IMG/VR virus record: IMGVR_UViG_3300030330_002183
Location: 32,001-96,000 of that record
DNA: 64,000 nt
Reading direction: 5' to 3' (one strand)
Source of the DNA: a virus
Taxonomy: Duplodnaviria; Caudoviricetes
In this document: one piece after another, positions 56,815-64,000 of the stretch
How positions within the stretch are numbered: the stretch's first letter is position 1
Layout: each line of letters opens with the position of its first letter
The notes under the pieces: generated by a model
What the model was told of the DNA's origin: nothing
Seen by the model: only the letters and a program-made list of their open reading frames with translations
Database searches by the model: none
Made by a program: the position numbers and the translations under genes

Positions 56815-56864
56815 CTAAATTTTTATAGTTTGTCATATTTATCATAATACACTTTTAAAGTTTA

Positions 56865-59800
56865 TTATTTTCCAAATGGAAGAAAAAAGTTTCTTAATTC
56901 TGCACCTGATCTTAATATTCTCATTTCTTTTCCTGTTCTTGCACCACCTTGATAACCTGCATTAGTAATAACATCAGTTAACTGTTGTCCAGTAGTTGTT
57001 TGCCCTGCTTTAGAATTATCTGGCATTTCAAAATCTGGGAATCCATCATAAGTTTGAAATGTTTTAAAATATTCATCTCTTGCTGCAGCATATTCTCCTA
57101 TAGCAGTCTTAGGATCTGTATAGTTAGGATCAGCATAAAAAGCTTTAGGATCTGTAATATTAATTATACCTCCTGTAGAAGGATCAATATCAAACTGAGG
57201 ATAAATACTATTTAAGTTAGCTGTATTTGCTCTATTAGTATAAGCATTTTGTAATTGCTGTGTAATAGCTGCATTTGCTTTTCTTAATGCATTATCATAA
57301 TTCTCTTCTACCAATACAGTGTTATCATATAACTGTTTCTTCTCATTATTATTAAGCATTTGAGTTTTATATTCTAACTCAGCATTCTTAATATTCATTT
57401 GATTAGCAACAGTGACATTGTCAGATTGTACCTGATTAATTGCATTTGCTATAGCTTTATTTGCTTCACCTTGTGCAGCTAATGCAGCAGCCATTCCTCT
57501 ACCTGCTCCAGATCCAAATGATTTAGCTACTTCTGCAGCTTGTGCAGCTTGTTCACCTATTGCAGCAATCTCTCTTGTTGGATCTTTAAATACAGCGTCA
57601 ATTTCTGGTTGATTATAGAATGGAGACCAAGGATACCTTTTTTGTAAACTTAACTTAGCATCTCTTGCATTAGCCAATCCTAATTCATCTTGTAACCAGA
57701 ATGGTGTATCTTTTGGTGTTGGCTCTGTTTGTGGTGTAATATTTATTTGTTTATCACACTCACAACCTGATGCAGGTGTTGTAACAGAACCATTTTCATC
57801 TGTTACTGCTGGTGTATATGGTGTCCATGTTCCGCCAGCTTCTGTACAAGCTGCTTCCATTTCTGCTGCATTTGAACAAGGTACAGCTTCTACTGCAGGT
57901 GTAACATTTACATTACCCTGTAACTCTCTATTAGTTGTATTACCATAAAAACCATCATCTCCAGATATAGAAAATGTCTGACCATTTAATGTTATTGTTT
58001 GATCATCTACTCCTGTTGCATAAAGCTGTTGTTTATCATTATCATCTAATTCTAAAATTTTACCTCCAATAAAACCAGCTTGCATATGAGAAACCATGTC
58101 TTCATCAAAAGCTTCCATACCTGCTTCATCCATGGCTTGTTTATATCTCCAGTTAGGATCTTTTTTATCTGTTCCTTTTTTCCACTTTTTACCGTCTATA
58201 GTTACACAACCTTTATCATTTGGTCCACATGGTGTGTATTCATATAATCTATCCCAACCTGGATTACTTAAATCTTCTTGAGATAAGTTTTCATTCATCC
58301 ATCTATTTTGTTGTTGGAATTTAATATAATTTTCTATAAACTCTTCTTTAGATAAAACATTTTTAGGACCTTTCTTTTTTGCTTTTCTATAATTTACATA
58401 CTCATTATAAAATGCATCTTGGTATTCTGGATCATTTTTTAAATTTTCTATCCAATCTACATTACCACTATCTGTATATGTAATAACTTCTTCTGACCCT
58501 TCTGTATCAACACGCATAGAGTTAATCTCATCCATTACCTTTTGTGCTTCCTCATTTTTAGCATATGTAAATAATGCTGCAAATTTTTCAGGATTTCTTC
58601 TTTTTAATTTTTTTAAATCTTTTGCAGTATATTCTGTTCCATCAGGACCAGTCATTACAACATCACCACCTCTTTTAAATTGTGGTTCCCCACCATTTAA
58701 AAATGACCATTGTGATCCTACATAATAAGGGCTATCAGCATTTACATAATCTAAAGGTATTCCTGCAGCTCTTCCTGTATTTGTCATTATATCTGATTCG
58801 TCATCATTAGGAACTCTAAAGTTTGTATTATTTACATAACCAGATGGTGTATCATCATTTGGAGGTGTTTGTGTAATATTATAAACATTAGTTACTCTAT
58901 CAGATGAAGAATTATTATCATTGTTATTGTTGTTAGAATAATCTGGTAATTCACCATAAATTTCTTCATATGCTTTTGAATAATTTACATCTGGTTCATT
59001 TGGTGCTGTTCCACCTTGCTCAATATGGTTTTTCCAAAACTCTACAGTTTCTTCATCAATAACTTGACTATTTTGTGATGCACCAAGCATCATCATTTGT
59101 TCTTCTATAGATGGAGGTTGATACGCGGCTGCAAACTGATTCATTTGATTAGTCATAGTATTATTATACTCTTCCATTAATTTTAATTGTTCAGCTTGAT
59201 ACTGTTCAAATAACTGTTCTTGATTTGGTACAATAGGACTATTAAGAATTTGAGGAGCACTCCTTGCTCCTGGAGTTTCTGGTGTAGGATTATTTTTTTG
59301 ATACTCTTTTACTCGCATATTATTCATTATATCAAACTTAATATCCATACCGCCAAATGCTTTAGGTAACTCAGCACCATATCTTGTTACTAACTTCATT
59401 TCTTCTGCATCATCTTGTGTATTAAGATTTTGAGTCATATTTGTACTTTTTTCAGCAGAAGGAGTAAATGCATCTACAACACCAGTTATATTACTATCTC
59501 CATCTATTGTATCTTTAATCTCAGTTTTAACTCCACTCTTTATTGTACCTTTAGCTAAGTTTTTAGCATTTTCTTTTACAGCAGCTTTTGTTAATCCTGT
59601 TACAGTTTTTCCGCCTGGGATTGAAGATAACACAACTCCTGTAGTTGCTTTCATTAATTCTTTATTTGCTGTATCATAATCACCTTTTGAATAAGCAATA
59701 CCTGCATCTATCCCATCAATAGCTGCACTTGTATAACCACCAATCTGACTTACACCAGGAATACCTGTCATAGCTGCATAATCTGCGTACTTCTGCACTG

Positions 59801-62276
59801 TCTCACTATGATCTTGATATGTTTCTGTTGTAGACTTTCCACCATAATCAGGAATAAAACCTTGCTCTCCTCTTAACCATCCTTTTAAATCAAATCCACC
59901 TTGTGCTTTGTATAATGGTTGTCCACCTTTTCCAAATGTATAAGATGCTCCAAACGTTGTTGGTGCAAACGGATCCTTAATTACATTATCTCTTCTAACA
60001 TTAAAATTTAGTTTATCACCAACATCAAATGAAAGACCTAAACCAATACCTTTTCCGTAAGGACTTCCTTTTGTATTTCCTGTAGCAAAAACACCTGCTC
60101 TTTGATTATTACCTAAACCAACATTTACACCAGCTTTACCACTTAAATATGGATTTAAATAATGTACTTGGTTAAATTTCATTTGATCTCTTGGTATAGT
60201 TACACCATCAAAACCCATTGAAATTATATTAGTTCCTGCATAAGGATTATATGGTGTTGCAACATTACCAACTCCCCATCCTGCACCAGCACGTCCTTCT
60301 GCAAACATGTTAGTTCCACTTTGATCACCAGAACTAATTCCTTTCGTAAAGTCTAAGTTTGCTACTGTATTTTTACCAGATCTTCCATCCACTAAAAAGT
60401 CTTGATAGTTATCCGGTGTATAAAAAGATTCTGCACTAAAAGGCACATTTAGATTTCTAGTACCTGTTGGGACACCGTGGTAATCTGCTGTAAGCTTACC
60501 AGGATTAACTCCAAAATTAAAACCGGAGTATTCTTGATTATCAAAACCTGAATAAATAGAAGGGGATGTATTAATATTTCTATTTGTAAGTAATAAATCA
60601 GGTCTTTGATCATTACCAAAATTTAAAGCAAGATTTGTATTATCTAAATCAAAAGCTCCTTTGTCTTGATAAGAAGGTAATGACCCACCATTTCTCATTT
60701 CTTCTTTATGAAGATAACCCATTTTTTTCATACGTAAATGATCTTCATACTTTTCAGCCATGTAGCCTTTTCCAGTTTTTGGATCATACATCATATGTGG
60801 TTCAAACTTTTCTTCACCACCATCTTGTCTATTAAGATAACCTAAATTAATATCAAAATTTTTCTGAAGTCTTCTTCCAAACTTAGTATTATCTAGTAGA
60901 GCATTAAGACCATAATTAATAAGCCCACCTTTTATTCCATCTTTTAATCCTTGTTTTAAGCCAGCACCTAAATCTTGTCTATATTGCTCTTTAGTTTTTC
61001 CACCTACTTGACCCATATAGTAATCAGGACTCATACCAAAATACTCTCCAGCAAAAAAGTCTTGTTTATTTGGAGTAAAGTTTTCAAACTGAGGGCATGT
61101 ATTATTCTCACAATAATCTATATAACTTGTATAACCACCAGCATTACCAGGTCTAGCAAACATTGCATCCATATTAGTATTATACAATTCCCATGCGTCA
61201 TTTTTTCTATTATACTGAGTAATCATTTGAGGGACTGTTCTTGCCAAAATACTACCAAGTGCAGTTGTACCTGCTACTTTTAAAGATTGATTTAAATTAG
61301 ATCTTCCTCTATTAGAACCCATATATCCAAACTGAGCTTTTGGTAATAAGTTAGATAATTGACCTCCACGTTTAGCCATGGCAGGTTGCATATTAGGTTG
61401 CATATTAGGTTGCATGTTTGGTTGCATTGCCATCATCTCTTGACCAGGAGCTGGTGCAGGCATATTAGCTTGTGATGGAGGTAACATACCTTGTTCTGCC
61501 AACATGTTTTGTTCTTGCTGTCTTCTTTGCTGCTCTTCCATCATTTGTTTTGCACTAAGTAATTGCATTCTTTGTTCAAATGGAAGTTGTACTAACATTT
61601 GTAATTCAGCTTCTTTTCTAGATATATCTTGAACTTGTTGTGAAAATTGTAGTGGATCAATACCTTTTTCAGATAAGTATGGATATGCAGCTAATGGAAC
61701 ACCATCTTCAAATTCTTTTTTTGCTTCTTGTAGAAATGCTATTTGAGATAAAGCTCTTTTATTTTTACCTATCATATACTCAGCTGTATCTCTTGTTATA
61801 TTATCTGAAGACTCATCATCTAATAATCCCATAAAATTATTAAGTTGATACTTTTTAGAAACAGCAGCAGGAGTTAATTTTTTCTTTGACTCTAACCCCA
61901 TTTCAGCAAGTTCAAATTTACTAAATTTCATTGCTGGTGTGTCAGAGTAAATAAATGATTGAGGTGGAAGATTTAACGGAGTACCACCTTGATGATGTCT
62001 TTTACCTTGTATTTCATATAACTCAAAGTTCCCATCATTGTTAAGATCAGTAAGGACGGTCTCACCTTTCTCAGCTTCTAGATTAGCTTCATCTCTAGGA
62101 ACAGCATTAATAGAATAATTAACCTTAGATGTTGGATCTTCAGTTGCAAACGGATCTAAATGTGGATATGTTACTAATCCAAAATCTGACTGATCACCAG
62201 TAGTACCTCCGTCTTTGTACACTTTTCCATTTATAATAGAAAAGCCAGCTGGTAATTTATTAATGTTTACTTTCAT
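56865..62276 (-). CDS. large modular virion cargo protein
   Basis: N-terminal NLEAEKGE...GKRHHQGG module; low-complexity spacers separated by repeated xxxGG motifs. Confidence 0.65.
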   Translation of the reverse strand: MKVNINKLPAGFSIINGKVYKDGGTTGDQSDFGLVTYPHLDPFATEDPTSKVNYSINAVPRDEANLEAEKGETVLTDLNNDGNFELYEIQGKRHHQGGTPLNLPPQSFIYSDTPAMKFSKFELAEMGLESKKKLTPAAVSKKYQLNNFMGLLDDESSDNITRDTAEYMIGKNKRALSQIAFLQEAKKEFEDGVPLAAYPYLSEKGIDPLQFSQQVQDISRKEAELQMLVQLPFEQRMQLLSAKQMMEEQQRRQQEQNMLAEQGMLPPSQANMPAPAPGQEMMAMQPNMQPNMQPNMQPAMAKRGGQLSNLLPKAQFGYMGSNRGRSNLNQSLKVAGTTALGSILARTVPQMITQYNRKNDAWELYNTNMDAMFARPGNAGGYTSYIDYCENNTCPQFENFTPNKQDFFAGEYFGMSPDYYMGQVGGKTKEQYRQDLGAGLKQGLKDGIKGGLINYGLNALLDNTKFGRRLQKNFDINLGYLNRQDGGEEKFEPHMMYDPKTGKGYMAEKYEDHLRMKKMGYLHKEEMRNGGSLPSYQDKGAFDLDNTNLALNFGNDQRPDLLLTNRNINTSPSIYSGFDNQEYSGFNFGVNPGKLTADYHGVPTGTRNLNVPFSAESFYTPDNYQDFLVDGRSGKNTVANLDFTKGISSGDQSGTNMFAEGRAGAGWGVGNVATPYNPYAGTNIISMGFDGVTIPRDQMKFNQVHYLNPYLSGKAGVNVGLGNNQRAGVFATGNTKGSPYGKGIGLGLSFDVGDKLNFNVRRDNVIKDPFAPTTFGASYTFGKGGQPLYKAQGGFDLKGWLRGEQGFIPDYGGKSTTETYQDHSETVQKYADYAAMTGIPGVSQIGGYTSAAIDGIDAGIAYSKGDYDTANKELMKATTGVVLSSIPGGKTVTGLTKAAVKENAKNLAKGTIKSGVKTEIKDTIDGDSNITGVVDAFTPSAEKSTNMTQNLNTQDDAEEMKLVTRYGAELPKAFGGMDIKFDIMNNMRVKEYQKNNPTPETPGARSAPQILNSPIVPNQEQLFEQYQAEQLKLMEEYNNTMTNQMNQFAAAYQPPSIEEQMMMLGASQNSQVIDEETVEFWKNHIEQGGTAPNEPDVNYSKAYEEIYGELPDYSNNNNNDNNSSSDRVTNVYNITQTPPNDDTPSGYVNNTNFRVPNDDESDIMTNTGRAAGIPLDYVNADSPYYVGSQWSFLNGGEPQFKRGGDVVMTGPDGTEYTAKDLKKLKRRNPEKFAALFTYAKNEEAQKVMDEINSMRVDTEGSEEVITYTDSGNVDWIENLKNDPEYQDAFYNEYVNYRKAKKKGPKNVLSKEEFIENYIKFQQQNRWMNENLSQEDLSNPGWDRLYEYTPCGPNDKGCVTIDGKKWKKGTDKKDPNWRYKQAMDEAGMEAFDEDMVSHMQAGFIGGKILELDDNDKQQLYATGVDDQTITLNGQTFSISGDDGFYGNTTNRELQGNVNVTPAVEAVPCSNAAEMEAACTEAGGTWTPYTPAVTDENGSVTTPASGCECDKQINITPQTEPTPKDTPFWLQDELGLANARDAKLSLQKRYPWSPFYNQPEIDAVFKDPTREIAAIGEQAAQAAEVAKSFGSGAGRGMAAALAAQGEANKAIANAINQVQSDNVTVANQMNIKNAELEYKTQMLNNNEKKQLYDNTVLVEENYDNALRKANAAITQQLQNAYTNRANTANLNSIYPQFDIDPSTGGIINITDPKAFYADPNYTDPKTAIGEYAAARDEYFKTFQTYDGFPDFEMPDNSKAGQTTTGQQLTDVITNAGYQGGARTGKEMRILRSGAELRNFFLPFGK
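61384..61427 (-). repeat. 12-bp coding tandem repeat (MQPN x3 + MQP)
   Basis: GGTTGCATATTA units on the + strand. Confidence 0.75.
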
Positions 62277-62278
62277 AA

Positions 62279-64000
62279 TTATAATATTGTTATATCTGCT
62301 CCCGCAGCAACTAATTGTTTATATGTATTTATATCTATATCTATAGATCCTCCTGATTTATAGAAACTTCCTCCTCTTTTTGCTGATTGTGTAGTACCAG
62401 AAATAACTTTATCATCTGGTCTAAATATACCAGTATTAGGATCATAGTTACCTTTATTACCTGATGTATCTGCATCTGTAGCAGCAAATATATTATCTGC
62501 TAAAAATGCATTGTTCATCATATCAACTTTTTGTTTTCTTTCATTAAGAGATCTTGCTATTTTAGTAATAGGTTTTGACATATTAATTGCCATATTACTA
62601 ATCTTACTATATGTTTGAACTGGTTTACTATCAGCTACTCTTAACATAGTATTATATGCTCTAGTTCCAAAACTTGGTTTTTCACTTGCTAATTCAATAG
62701 CATCTGCTCTATCAGATCTCATCTGTGCTTCTGCTGCTTCTGACTCATCATATGCATCCATAGCTGCTAAATCACCATCAAAACCTAATTCCATAGATCT
62801 ATCATATCTATCTAGATTTTCTTGAGTTCCCTGATACTCTGGTATATTACTCATCTGTTCTTCTAAGTTTGCACTAAACTCTTCTGACTGTTGTTGCATT
62901 TGTTCTGCAGATGGTATAATTGTTGCATTAGAACCAGTTCCCATTAATCTACCTTGACTTTCTGCTATTGTATAATCCATTGCGTCCATTGTATTTTGTA
63001 ACTCTGGAGACGGGCTAAAATCTACTTCTGGAAGATTTAATGGGTTTGTGTCAACCTGATTCATACTTAAAGAAGGATTTTCTAATCTTTTATTCATATC
63101 TGCAGTAAATGCTTTAAAGCTATCCATTGATCTTTGAACTGCTTGTGAATTAGCATACATTTGTGCATCAGTCATAGGTTTGTATTGATCCTCAGCAGTT
63201 GGTGCACCCAATACAGGAGTATTTAAAAGACCAGCAGGATTATTTAATGTTGGACCTGGAGTAGTAAAAGGTGAAATTTGATTACCTGATAAACTATATC
63301 CTGAAAATGTTGGAGTAAACATTCCTTGTGTTGGTGTACTAAATTCTCCTAATGATTGATATTTTGGTAAGCCACCACCATACCTTGCAAGATTAGGTGG
63401 AATGTCTTGAAGATCTTCAACACCTGGTGCATTTGGATCTACGGGTGCATCTACTGGTTCTGCAGGAATATATGGAATAGCTTGTTGTAACTCTGGTTCA
63501 GAATTATTAAGAGGTATTTCTGTAACTTGAATTGTTGGCATTGTTATAGGTTGATTCATTGGATTAGCCATTGATCTTTGCCATTCTATAGAATCATCGT
63601 CTCTATTGAAAGGTGTACTTGATCCTTCAAAGTTTGTTGATACAAATGAATCATCTTGACCTTCTATATTAATATCTCCTTGTGGACCTATATAATTAGG
63701 ATCTCCTGATCCTTCTACTCTTTGTAAATAGTCATATGGATTTGAGCTACCATCACTTCTTTGTGTATAACCTAAATATTCTGCATCTCTGTATTTCTCC
63801 TCTAATAAATCTCCTTGTTTAGCTCCAGAAAATCTACCGTATGTTTTACCTTTACCTGTAAGTTCATATAAATCATAATCAAAATCTTTAACCTTACCAT
63901 ACATATCACGTCTACCCTTTCTTCTTTCATTAAGAAAGTTTACCATATCTTCTTCACGTATCTCTTCTTCATCTTTTAAATATTTACCAGGGTTATAAGC
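62279..64000 (-). CDS. virion cargo-like low-complexity protein, 5' truncated by the window edge
   Basis: The frame stays open from 63946 to 64000 (AYNPGKYLKDEEEIREED-M); ARYGG, AKRGG and YKSGG motifs. Confidence 0.65.
   Translation of the reverse strand, partial: AYNPGKYLKDEEEIREEDMVNFLNERRKGRRDMYGKVKDFDYDLYELTGKGKTYGRFSGAKQGDLLEEKYRDAEYLGYTQRSDGSSNPYDYLQRVEGSGDPNYIGPQGDINIEGQDDSFVSTNFEGSSTPFNRDDDSIEWQRSMANPMNQPITMPTIQVTEIPLNNSEPELQQAIPYIPAEPVDAPVDPNAPGVEDLQDIPPNLARYGGGLPKYQSLGEFSTPTQGMFTPTFSGYSLSGNQISPFTTPGPTLNNPAGLLNTPVLGAPTAEDQYKPMTDAQMYANSQAVQRSMDSFKAFTADMNKRLENPSLSMNQVDTNPLNLPEVDFSPSPELQNTMDAMDYTIAESQGRLMGTGSNATIIPSAEQMQQQSEEFSANLEEQMSNIPEYQGTQENLDRYDRSMELGFDGDLAAMDAYDESEAAEAQMRSDRADAIELASEKPSFGTRAYNTMLRVADSKPVQTYSKISNMAINMSKPITKIARSLNERKQKVDMMNNAFLADNIFAATDADTSGNKGNYDPNTGIFRPDDKVISGTTQSAKRGGSFYKSGGSIDIDINTYKQLVAAGADITIL

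Noticed and set aside
33625-61834. Short + strand ORFs inside the giant - strand genes (and short antisense ORFs in 0.7-19 kb)
   Set aside because: They are shadow frames of real genes, with Ser/Leu/Phe-biased composition and no motifs
1-64000. Stop-codon reassignment (TAG/TGA), known in some crAss-like phages
   Set aside because: Very long ORFs are intact in the standard code, and TAG/TGA end genes at tight gene junctions
1-64000. tRNA or rRNA genes
   Set aside because: Intergenic gaps are short and none shows a cloverleaf or TTCGA T-loop by eye; tRNAscan was not run

Overview
AT-rich, gene-dense segment of a large tailed bacteriophage, most likely a crAss-like (Crassvirales-related) phage of a Bacteroidota/Flavobacteriia host. 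It is read in the standard code. The + strand of 1-20.7 kb is a replication and recombination module: DnaA-C HTH, DnaB-like helicase, AAA/Sak4-like ATPase, SSB-like protein, primase, RusA-like resolvase, PD-(D/E)XK exonuclease, family B DNA polymerase, UDG and an SPL-like radical SAM enzyme. It also holds a vWA-metallopeptidase/MoxR-AAA operon. The - strand of 20.8-64 kb is a late/virion region: 3TM holin, small basic proteins, a cassette of host-envelope-targeted proteins (thioredoxin-fold protein, T9SS-CTD Cys-repeat protein, beta-barrel), a SET-domain gene and five large cargo/ejection proteins. The largest of these is a 5033-aa putative virion RNA polymerase (GADFDIDK). A class II ribonucleotide reductase sits on the + strand inside the late region. 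No terminase, portal, major capsid, tRNA or CRISPR was recognised. All product calls come from motifs read by eye; no database search was run.
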